A stretch of 64,000 nucleotides of DNA from an uncultured virus (IMG/VR IMGVR_UViG_3300049791_000126). Its lineage: Duplodnaviria; Heunggongvirae; Uroviricota; Caudoviricetes. Location of the stretch: IMG/VR virus record IMGVR_UViG_3300049791_000126; one strand, written 5' to 3'. Both the position numbers and the translations under genes were made by a program. The notes under the pieces are model-generated. The model was not told where the DNA came from, ran no database searches, and saw only the letters and a program-made list of their open reading frames with translations. Below are positions 31,245 to 39,357 of this stretch, piece after piece; the stretch's first letter is position 1, and every line of letters begins with the position of its first letter.

Positions 31245-32165
31245 ATGAGCAACCCGATCGATCCGACCCGACTGATGCAGTCGGTCAACTATGCCTCCGG
31301 TGCCGCGCGTGAGGCGCTTGCACAAACGCAAGCCATCCAGAAGCGCTTGGACGACATCCAGGCGAGCTTCAAGGTGCAGCAGGGCAACCGCGAGCGCACC
31401 CCGAACTTGATGTACATCGAGAATATCCCCGGGCGCCGCGTGCCCTTCGATATGCTCGTCAACATCCCCATCGGCGCCAACGATAATGGCGTCAAGCAGG
31501 GCACGATCTTGGTGAGCCAAGAGGGCCCCTTCGTCGCCGTCAGCCGCGTCGCGACCTTCGTGAGTCAGCTGCAGCTGCAGCGTGTCGATCCCGAATCGGG
31601 TGCGAAAGCGAACTTCTTCGGCCGATCCTTCGGCCGCTACCGTCCGATCCACTCCGCCTGGGATCTGATGGACGGCATGCCGCGCCAGCAAGCGGAGCAG
31701 CAGCAAGCGTTCCCCGGCACGGGCGCCCCCCACATCCTCTCCCCCTCGAACGGCTCCCCCTTCCGATCGATGGAGGCCGACTACACGATTCAGTTCTTGA
31801 ACGCCGGCTCCTCTTTCCCACGCTCGAACATCCCCGTCCCCTCGAGCTTCTGGACCCCGCAAATCAACGCCCCATTTGCTCTCGGAGCCTTGGACGTGTT
31901 CGAGAGAGGCGAGACGCTGCAGTTCAATGTGCTGCCGCAGCACGTGAACAACCCCTCGTACGGCAACATCCAGTCCTTCGCCGGCGGCGGCGCGGGGTCC
32001 TTCCCGTTCATTGCATCCGGATGGGACTACGTCGAAGGCATCAACGACGAGGCGGATGCCGCAGCGGGCGCGACCGATCCCATCACGCGCCTTCCCGACG
32101 GCATCCTGACGATCGGTTTTCACGGTTATCGCATCGTGCAGCCCCCAGGCGCTGGCCCGTACTGA
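31245..32165 (+). CDS. Putative second capsid or vertex protein
   Basis: Beta-rich, no TM, directly after the putative MCP; ends LTIGFHGYRI. Confidence 0.5.
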   Translation: MSNPIDPTRLMQSVNYASGAAREALAQTQAIQKRLDDIQASFKVQQGNRERTPNLMYIENIPGRRVPFDMLVNIPIGANDNGVKQGTILVSQEGPFVAVSRVATFVSQLQLQRVDPESGAKANFFGRSFGRYRPIHSAWDLMDGMPRQQAEQQQAFPGTGAPHILSPSNGSPFRSMEADYTIQFLNAGSSFPRSNIPVPSSFWTPQINAPFALGALDVFERGETLQFNVLPQHVNNPSYGNIQSFAGGGAGSFPFIASGWDYVEGINDEADAAAGATDPITRLPDGILTIGFHGYRIVQPPGAGPY

Positions 32166-32179
32166 TACACTAGAGGCCA

Positions 32180-33019
32180 ATGAACCAGCCTCTGTTCAAC
32201 CCCGCGCAGCGCGCCGCCTTCGGCCAGATCCAGCAGGCGAACCCGAATCTCGCCTTCGGGCAAGGATTCGGTTCCTCGCAAGAGGGCGGCAGCATGACGG
32301 CATGCACGGCCGATCGCGTGCTGCTCGCTGGCGGTCAGCTCGTGAGCTACTTGAAGCCCGAGTCGATCATCCCGCTCGAGTATGTCTTTCGGCGCCTGCC
32401 CATCGACGGTATTTTCCAAGCGACGCCGAGCACGCCGTGCCAGTTCGAGATGGGGAGCATCAAGGTCCCGCAGCTGATGGGCTTCGTCGTGCTCGACTAC
32501 CGCTTTGCGATTTACCGCCCGAGCGGGATCGTGGCGGGCGAGTTCGTGGAGCTCGAACAGAATCGTCTTCCAACCCAGGTGGGTTGGAACCTCGAAGCCG
32601 ACAACAATCGGCAGGGCAACTTTCGCTACGAGCTGAACCCCGTCCCGCCCTTCGAAAAATCGAACCCCGCCTACCAACCCCCCCCGAATCCCGGCTACAT
32701 CCCGGGCACCCCGGTGGCAGTCCCCGCGAGTGACGATCAATTCATGCAGGCGCGCTTCACCGCAGCGCAATCGGGCACGGGCGATTTGTCGCTCATGCCG
32801 CAACGCCACCATCGCCAGGGACTGCTGCACGTCCCGGCGCCCTGGATCCTCCACTCGACCCAGACCCTCATCCCGAGCTGCCACATTTTCCGCGCGGTCA
32901 CGATCCCGATCGCGTTTTTCGAGGTCGAGATCTTCGGCTTCATGCTGCCTGACGGGCAGCTCGATGCGATGCAGCGAGCCATCGCGCCCTGCATCGAAAA
33001 GCCGGGTGGGATCGTCTGA
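32180..33019 (+). CDS. Putative third capsid or penton-like protein
   Basis: Beta-rich, no TM; late strand FEVEIFGFML resembles the terminal strands of the two preceding proteins. Confidence 0.45.
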   Translation: MNQPLFNPAQRAAFGQIQQANPNLAFGQGFGSSQEGGSMTACTADRVLLAGGQLVSYLKPESIIPLEYVFRRLPIDGIFQATPSTPCQFEMGSIKVPQLMGFVVLDYRFAIYRPSGIVAGEFVELEQNRLPTQVGWNLEADNNRQGNFRYELNPVPPFEKSNPAYQPPPNPGYIPGTPVAVPASDDQFMQARFTAAQSGTGDLSLMPQRHHRQGLLHVPAPWILHSTQTLIPSCHIFRAVTIPIAFFEVEIFGFMLPDGQLDAMQRAIAPCIEKPGGIV

Positions 33020-33164
33020 TCCGCCCGCAACACCTTCCCGAAGGAATAACCGTGTCCACCCCCGAACCCTCTCACTCCAACCGAGGACCAAACAACCTCA
33101 AGCGGCAGTGGGTTGTCCTGACAGGTGGGCACGGTTGTTCCCTCGTGATTCGATCTGAGATCCA

Positions 33165-33983
33165 ATGAAATTCGGTCCCTCTTTTTACCGCAACGACGTG
33201 TCCGGCCTCGGCGCCGATGACGCATCGCTGCCGTTTGCGGACCAGGCGCTCATCAGCATCGTGAGCCCGCAGGGGTCGCTCGTGTACAGCGAGTGGGCGC
33301 GCCAAACGAGCGACAACTCCTGGCAAGAGGTGACGCCCCAGAAGGACTACCAGGCCTTCGCGGTCAGTGACTTCCAACTCGTCGCCGTCGCCAACACGAC
33401 GAGCTCTGAAGTGCAATCGCTCGCGGTCATCTCGCCCGTGCTCACGCGAGCGAGCGCAGTGGCCGCCACCTTCGAGGGCACGCCATTCGCGTACGACCAC
33501 ACCGAAGCCGTCTACGCGCAGCTCGACACGCAGTCGACGCCGCAGATCTATTTCCTGTACTGGCTCAGGCTCCGCGATCAAACCGATCCGAAAACGGGCC
33601 CGACCTCGCTCAACTACGCGGCCACCGTCGTGGGCGGCGTGCTCGCGTACATCTTGGCGATCCCGCGCGCGGGCTCTGGCCGCGCCGCGCCGCCCTCGGG
33701 ATCATTCCCGGGCGCGTTGAGCGCGCAAGCCGCGCGCGCGCCGCTCAGCATCCCGCAAACGCCTGCGGTGCAGACCACGATCCCAGCGACGCCCGCTACC
33801 TCGCCGACCGCGCCCGTGACGGCGCTGCCGAGCGTGCCGACGATGCCCCAGACGCAAGCCCAGCAAGCGTCGATGGTCTCGCCCGCCCAAGCCAACATGA
33901 AGGCGCTGCTCTGGGTCGGTCTCGGGACGGCGGCGGCCATCGGGAGCTACCGACTCATCCAACGCTACCGGAGCGCGTCGTGA
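33165..33983 (+). CDS. Tail-anchored protein
   Basis: N-terminal VSGLG; P/T/A linker; C-terminal TM plus RYR. Confidence 0.75.
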   Translation: MKFGPSFYRNDVSGLGADDASLPFADQALISIVSPQGSLVYSEWARQTSDNSWQEVTPQKDYQAFAVSDFQLVAVANTTSSEVQSLAVISPVLTRASAVAATFEGTPFAYDHTEAVYAQLDTQSTPQIYFLYWLRLRDQTDPKTGPTSLNYAATVVGGVLAYILAIPRAGSGRAAPPSGSFPGALSAQAARAPLSIPQTPAVQTTIPATPATSPTAPVTALPSVPTMPQTQAQQASMVSPAQANMKALLWVGLGTAAAIGSYRLIQRYRSAS

Positions 33984-34192
33984 GCTCCGGACTCGGAATC
34001 ATCGCGCTCCGCGGCGTCGATGGCGGCGCGGACTGCGGATGCAGCGGCATGGGGGCTGATGCCGCCGTGCCGAATCCCGTGCTCACCCCGATACCAACCA
34101 GCACGAAGGTCTTCTGGGCGCTCGCCATCGGCGCCGTGGGCTTGATCTTCTGGGCCACGCTTCAACCTCCCAAACGGAGGCTCGTGAGCTGA
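33980..34192 (+). CDS. Small membrane protein
   Basis: SSGLG and CSGMG; TM plus KRR. Confidence 0.65.
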   Translation: MSSGLGIIALRGVDGGADCGCSGMGADAAVPNPVLTPIPTSTKVFWALAIGAVGLIFWATLQPPKRRLVS

Positions 34193-34407
34193 TGGACTTC
34201 GTGATGTCCCCGGCCGATCTCGAAAAGCTCGCCGCGGCCGCCATGAAGATCGACGCGAACCCACTGAAGCTTGCCGGGCGCGCGGTTGGTCTCGGCGACG
34301 CGGAGATGAAAGCGGGCGTTCCCACGTGGGCCTGGATTGGTCTCGCGCTCGGCGCCGGCGCCCTGATCGGGATCAAATACGGACACCATGTGTCCAAGCA
34401 CTTCTGA
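34192..34407 (+). CDS. Small membrane protein
   Basis: AVGLG; C-terminal TM. Confidence 0.7.
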   Translation: MDFVMSPADLEKLAAAAMKIDANPLKLAGRAVGLGDAEMKAGVPTWAWIGLALGAGALIGIKYGHHVSKHF

Positions 34408-34420
34408 ACGGAGAACGCAC

Positions 34421-34807
34421 ATGGGACTTGGAAAAGCATTGTTGATCGGCGGCGTGGGCATCGGCGCCGTCGTGCTCCTGGTGAAACACTCGCAAGCCGC
34501 GAGCGGTGGCGCTGCTCCCGCGAACGCGGGCCCGCCCACTCCCGGCCCCGGCGCAGCCTCCCTCACCGTCCCGCCAGGCCCCAAGAACCCCACGACGCTG
34601 ACCCTGACCATCACAGAGTGGCAGCAGCAGGCCGATGCCTCGGGAAAGCAAGCCGGCCTCTGGGCGCTCGTGCAAAACGCTGCCAACCCCCAGAACGACT
34701 TCGTCGTCGTGTTTGGAAACGGAACCTCGGCGGGGATCATTCAGCAGGGCACCACGCCGAATTCTGGGCTGATTGCCCAGGCGTTCGTGGCTGGATTGAT
34801 GAAGTGA
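34421..34807 (+). CDS. N-anchored membrane protein
   Basis: RBS GGAG; MGLG then a TM. Confidence 0.7.
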   Translation: MGLGKALLIGGVGIGAVVLLVKHSQAASGGAAPANAGPPTPGPGAASLTVPPGPKNPTTLTLTITEWQQQADASGKQAGLWALVQNAANPQNDFVVVFGNGTSAGIIQQGTTPNSGLIAQAFVAGLMK

Positions 34808-34811
34808 TCCG

Positions 34812-35831
34812 ATGCGTCGTTTGCGCCGAAACAGCCTGACGCTTAGCGCGCCGGAACCATCAAAGGCACCCGAGAATTTCTCCCTCTCAGGCCTGACGGT
34901 CATCGGGATCGTCGCCAATCCGAAGACGCACGAGCCCGCGCTCGTCGTAACAGATGGCGAGTACGTGAGCCTCCGCGGACTCAAGGAAGCGAGCCCTCTT
35001 CAGCGTCTCGGCCGTGGCTACTACGAAGAGCACTCGAACGAGCCCTCCCAATTCACGGGTCTGCCCCGCTCACACACGCCGGACGGCGTGCTGATCAAGG
35101 GCAAGGGCTGGGGCACGGCGCTCTACACGGCTCTCGCTCTCGGCGCTCACCAATGCAACGAAGATCTGGTCGAGATCGAGATGTACAAACCCGGCGACGG
35201 GATCTGCTCTTGGACCGACAATCGCAGCGCGGAGGCCGACAAGTGGTGGGCGGCAGCAGTCAAGATCGGCCTGGCCGATCAGCATGTCGAGGAAGAGACC
35301 GAGCAAGACGAGGGCGTCGATCTCGAAGTATCGCCGAGCGATCTCGACCGCTTCGTGGATGAAGGCGCGGTAGTCTACGTGAACCGCGTCAACGTCGACA
35401 TCGAAAAAACGATCGAAAAAACGGTGGAGACCTACTCCTACAACGAAGCCGCCGATCGACGCCACCTTGCACTCGTCGCCATGAATGTCGAAATCCCAAA
35501 AGGCATCGGTGTCCCCGCCTCACTCGATTTTCTCTGGCGCGCTATCCGTGAGGACTCAGATCTTGTGACCGAAGCCGACGCCACAGGTCTTTTTGCTCTC
35601 GACGTGCGCGCCCTGGACCGTTCGGCCATCCACCTGCTCTCGCTCTGCTTCGGCGAAGCCGGGCTCAGTAATGCCCAGTGCGACGAGATGTACCTCCGCT
35701 ACGAGCGCGGACTGGATCCGGGCATGGCAAGTGGCCAGAGCAGGCTCTTTCAGGCCAACCAGAGCGGTCTCGGCGACGTGGAAGCCGCCCGGGAAGCCTC
35801 CGGCTGGAGCGACCTTGAGTCTCTGCCTTGA
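34812..35831 (+). CDS. Acidic protein with a GNAT-like acetyl-CoA-binding motif
   Basis: IKGKGWGTALY resembles GNAT motif A; N-terminal MRRLRRN. Confidence 0.5.
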   Translation: MRRLRRNSLTLSAPEPSKAPENFSLSGLTVIGIVANPKTHEPALVVTDGEYVSLRGLKEASPLQRLGRGYYEEHSNEPSQFTGLPRSHTPDGVLIKGKGWGTALYTALALGAHQCNEDLVEIEMYKPGDGICSWTDNRSAEADKWWAAAVKIGLADQHVEEETEQDEGVDLEVSPSDLDRFVDEGAVVYVNRVNVDIEKTIEKTVETYSYNEAADRRHLALVAMNVEIPKGIGVPASLDFLWRAIREDSDLVTEADATGLFALDVRALDRSAIHLLSLCFGEAGLSNAQCDEMYLRYERGLDPGMASGQSRLFQANQSGLGDVEAAREASGWSDLESLP

Positions 35832-35896
35832 CTCACCTCAGAAGTTTGCGCCCCTAAGCCCCCCTCCGGTACCATCGAGCGCTAGGTAACAGACCG

Positions 35897-36094
35897 ATGA
35901 CGCACCCGCTCGACGTATTCCGGAGCCAAGCCTCGCTGCAAGCGAGTTGCGCGGCGCTCTATCCGGATGAGTCGGAAGCGAGCTCGTGCTCCCAGCTTCG
36001 CTCCGCGTGCGCGCAAGGAGAAATTTTCGGCCTCCTCGTGGGAGGCGCCATCGGGCTTTTGATTGGGCGCTTCGTGCTCAGCGGTCGTCGGTAA
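35897..36094 (+). CDS. Small tail-anchored protein
   Basis: C-terminal TM plus GRR; upstream TTGCGC-N18-TACCAT (35846-35875). Confidence 0.65.
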   Translation: MTHPLDVFRSQASLQASCAALYPDESEASSCSQLRSACAQGEIFGLLVGGAIGLLIGRFVLSGRR

Positions 36095-36115
36095 AGAAAG
36101 ACAAAAGGGATCATC

Positions 36116-36571
36116 ATGTACAAAGGCATCGGAGAATCGGCTTACAACGATGGGCTGTTCTCGCAAGCAGCGCCATTCCAAGAGTACCAAGCGAGCGTGA
36201 GTCAATTCGGCGATGGTGCACTGGGGGCGTTCTCGCGCCTCGCTCCTCCGGGGCTCGTCAGCACCAATGTGCGCCGGCGTGCCTCCCACCGACCGGGAAC
36301 CCTCCCTCCTCGTGGCGGGCATTCGCTGGTCGGCATGGGGAACGCCTACCACGATGGCGTGCTCGGTCACACCTTCCTGCCCGCCTTCAGTCCGCAAGAG
36401 ATGCGCGGGCTCGGGTACGCGTACCGCGACGGCGTGCTCGGTGCCGATCCGAGCGCGACGATCCAGATCGGTCCGCCAATTCAGACCGCCCCATCGTGGA
36501 AACCCGATCTCGCCAGCGCCGGTATCGGCGTGATGGCTGGCGCGCTGCTCTTTTACGTACTGAAGCTCTGA
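36116..36571 (+). CDS. Tail-anchored protein with internal AYxDGVLG repeats
   Basis: YKGIG, LVGMG and MRGLG; C-terminal TM. Confidence 0.75.
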   Translation: MYKGIGESAYNDGLFSQAAPFQEYQASVSQFGDGALGAFSRLAPPGLVSTNVRRRASHRPGTLPPRGGHSLVGMGNAYHDGVLGHTFLPAFSPQEMRGLGYAYRDGVLGADPSATIQIGPPIQTAPSWKPDLASAGIGVMAGALLFYVLKL

Positions 36572-36619
36572 GCCCGGTCCTCGTTGGATCCCCATGCCCC
36601 AGGTGTTACCCTCCGCTGA

Positions 36620-37291
36620 ATGGCGAAAGAAGGCTTTCTCGGCGCCCTCGGGCGCATCGCGAGTCAATTCGCGGACGGCGCCCCCGAAGGCCCGCGCAAT
36701 GTCCTCTTTGCCATCGGTCCCTGGATCAATGATCTCACCCGCAACGCAACCCAGCATTGGCTCCCGCAGCTGCTCCTCGGCATCCCGTGCGAGGTCATCT
36801 ACCGCGACGCGCAGACGCAGATCGGTGTCCCCTGCTCGAGTCCTGCGATTGCCGCCTGCAGCATCTGTCGGAAGCCCGTGTGCCTCGACCACAGCTTCGT
36901 CTCCCGCATGGGGCAAGCCGCTTGCTTCGGCTGCATCCAGCAAGGCATCTCCGATCACGCCCCCAAAATTCCATGGCCAGCGGGCACGCGTGGTAATCCG
37001 TCCGATCCTCGATCGACACCCGGCGGACAGGCGTCCTCGCCCGGGCCTCAGCCGAGAGAGCCGCCGCCCCCAGCGACTCCTCCGCCGAATCCGATGGACG
37101 TGCGCATCGCTGCCGCCCGCAAGGTGCTCCGAGTCAAGCGCAGCGCGACCTTCGTTGAGGTGCAAGTCGCCTACAAGCGCGAAGCCCTCAAGTGGCACCC
37201 CGATCGCAACGGGGGAAGCCATGACGCGAAACAGCGATTCATCGCGGCAACGGCCGCCTACGATCTCCTGAAAAAGGCCTACGACCAATGA
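36620..37291 (+). CDS. Zn-finger (B-box-like) plus C-terminal J-domain protein
   Basis: CSICRKPVCLDH...CFGC; VLRV...AYKREALKWHPDRN...F...AYDLL. Confidence 0.9.
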   Translation: MAKEGFLGALGRIASQFADGAPEGPRNVLFAIGPWINDLTRNATQHWLPQLLLGIPCEVIYRDAQTQIGVPCSSPAIAACSICRKPVCLDHSFVSRMGQAACFGCIQQGISDHAPKIPWPAGTRGNPSDPRSTPGGQASSPGPQPREPPPPATPPPNPMDVRIAAARKVLRVKRSATFVEVQVAYKREALKWHPDRNGGSHDAKQRFIAATAAYDLLKKAYDQ

Positions 37292-37749
37292 GCTACGCCG
37301 AAATCAAGCCGCAGTACTACCGGATGCATCAACCGGATTCGCCGTGGCACGCGGGCTCTCCCGGCTGGTCGACGGCGCCCTGGCCGTCGTTCATGCCGAA
37401 CCCCAACCTCGTCGGTCCCCCGCGGCTCGCGGTGGAAGGGCTCGGGGCGTACTTCAAGCCGGTGTACGAAAAGCCGATTGCAGGGCTGGGGATGTTCCCG
37501 CAGAAGAGCACGTACCGCCCGGTCGACGGCGTCGGTGAGTATTCTCGGACAGGGCTCGGGGCGTACTTCAAGCCGGTGTACGAGAAGCCGATCGCGGGTC
37601 TCGGTTGCCCCTGCGCTGCGCGCGGCGTCGGTGACGGTGCGGATCCGCTCACCACGAATTCCGGCGCGATGCGCTACGACGTAGTCGTCCCGGTCGCGAT
37701 CATCGGAGCCATCACCGGCTTCGCTGTCTGGGTATCGCTCCAGAAGTGA
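37288..37749 (+). CDS. Tail-anchored protein with GLG-delimited repeats
   Basis: Six GLG/GVG motifs; C-terminal TM. Confidence 0.75.
   Translation: MSYAEIKPQYYRMHQPDSPWHAGSPGWSTAPWPSFMPNPNLVGPPRLAVEGLGAYFKPVYEKPIAGLGMFPQKSTYRPVDGVGEYSRTGLGAYFKPVYEKPIAGLGCPCAARGVGDGADPLTTNSGAMRYDVVVPVAIIGAITGFAVWVSLQK
37438..37605 (+). repeat. 54-bp coding direct repeat (37438-37491 and 37552-37605)
   Basis: Both copies encode GLGAYFKPVYEKPIAGLG. Confidence 0.9.
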
Positions 37750-37752
37750 CCC

Positions 37753-38016
37753 ATGAGCTACGCCCGCTCCATCCGAGGACTCGGAGCCGATTGCGGCCCG
37801 TGCACGATCGCCGCCGGTGATGCCTGTGAGATCTGTCCCGACGGTGTGAGCGATGACTTCCCCGAGTGCGCGGGCTGCGTCAACGGCATGCGCCAGACAG
37901 TCATCTCGGCCGCCGAGCAGAGCCTGATCTTCCCCATCGTCGCAGGCGTCGTGACGACCCTCGCGGTTGCCTGGCTCTCGACGAAGCTGCTCGGGCGAGG
38001 CAAGAAAGCCGCGTAA
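37753..38016 (+). CDS. Small Cys-rich tail-anchored protein
   Basis: IRGLG at the N-terminus; three CxxC; TM plus RGKK. Confidence 0.75.
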   Translation: MSYARSIRGLGADCGPCTIAAGDACEICPDGVSDDFPECAGCVNGMRQTVISAAEQSLIFPIVAGVVTTLAVAWLSTKLLGRGKKAA

Positions 38017-38077
38017 TCGCGCTCGGCGCGGATCGGCATTGCGAATCCTGACAGCAGCGTGCTATCACGCTGCTTGC

Positions 38078-38677
38078 ATGAGTGACGACGCCAAGCCAGT
38101 AGCTTCCCCGCCCACCGCCCCCGCCCCCGCTCCCGAGCGGAGCGTTTCGGCCCCGATGACCTCCTTCGTGCGCGGGGGGTCAGTGACCGCCGCCTACGAG
38201 CAAGCGCAACAGCAAAAGCGCGCTGCGGCCGAGCAGCGGCGGAAGGAGGAAGCCGAGCGTCAAAAAGTCGCGCGGCTCGATCCGACCGCAAACCTGTCGA
38301 CGACGAAGCTCGGCGGCGCGAGCTCGCACGCCGCCATCGTGCTCGAGATCAGAAACTCTGACGGCAAGGCGGAGGAGTTCATTGTCTGCGAGCTGACGGT
38401 GGACCGCGATCATGCCGATGGCTTGATGCTGATCGTGTGCTGCCCGTTCTGCGCGGTGAGGCATGGGTCGGACGAAGCGCAGATGACCATCCGGTCGAAG
38501 CACAGAAAATTCGAGCTCGACACGCGGCGCCAGGGAGAGCTCTGGGTCAACCCCAATAAGCCGGAGGAGTTCGTGCACCTCGCGGGAACGATTCATCTGA
38601 CCGAGCCCGTGACGTGTCCTGGGCTCGGATGCGGCAAGCGGTTCGTGATCGACAACTCGGTGTTGAGGTGGCTGTGA
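38078..38677 (+). CDS. Zn-binding hypothetical protein
   Basis: CCPFC and CPGLGC; upstream TTGCGA-N18-TATCAC (38039-38068). Confidence 0.7.
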   Translation: MSDDAKPVASPPTAPAPAPERSVSAPMTSFVRGGSVTAAYEQAQQQKRAAAEQRRKEEAERQKVARLDPTANLSTTKLGGASSHAAIVLEIRNSDGKAEEFIVCELTVDRDHADGLMLIVCCPFCAVRHGSDEAQMTIRSKHRKFELDTRRQGELWVNPNKPEEFVHLAGTIHLTEPVTCPGLGCGKRFVIDNSVLRWL

Positions 38678-39357
38678 AAGCGAATGATCGCGCTGGCCTA
38701 GGAGGCGTTGGGATTTTCAACGGGGATGGAGACGGAATTTTGGGGCAGCCGGATCCGCTTGGAGGCGTTGCCTCGCCATTGCCCAGCAAAGAAGAGACGA
38801 GGAGAGCCGTCACCTGCGATGAGCCTGAGTGCAAGGTGTTCTTCGTTCTGGTGGACGACTTTCTCTCTCTGCCGAAAGGCTGGACCAAACAGCTGGGGAA
38901 AGATTATTGCCCGCGCCATAGTGACGGTCATGTCAACGACGCGGGTCTCGACGCTGAACTCGAAAAAGCGGAACGAGTGGCTGGATTTGGCGATTTTCCT
39001 GCGCATGAACCTGACTTTAGTCAACCCGACAACCCCGTCGCGCATCCTCTCCCCGCGCCTCCGCGGTTCCCAGCTATCAATGGCTGGTGGTTCGCGCTCT
39101 TCGCGCTGCTCATCCTCGTGATCACCGGCCTCGTGCTGTACGCGGATGTGCTGAGGCACAAGATCTCGAACTACGAATTCTCGCTCGCGCTGGAGAACGC
39201 TTCGAGCTTCGAGCATCGCGTGTCGATCCAGTCTCTCGACTGCACAGGCCACGAAGTGCGGCGCTGCTCGGGTCTCATCATCAATGACGGCGAGAAGCGC
39301 CCCGTGCGCTACATCTGTGACAGCACGCATTGCGCGTTCGAGTGCGGGGGCAAGTAA
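38674..39357 (+). CDS. Zn-finger plus TM hypothetical protein
   Basis: CDEPEC...GW...YCPRH; central TM; GTGA overlap with the previous gene. Confidence 0.65.
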   Translation: MKANDRAGLGGVGIFNGDGDGILGQPDPLGGVASPLPSKEETRRAVTCDEPECKVFFVLVDDFLSLPKGWTKQLGKDYCPRHSDGHVNDAGLDAELEKAERVAGFGDFPAHEPDFSQPDNPVAHPLPAPPRFPAINGWWFALFALLILVITGLVLYADVLRHKISNYEFSLALENASSFEHRVSIQSLDCTGHEVRRCSGLIINDGEKRPVRYICDSTHCAFECGGK

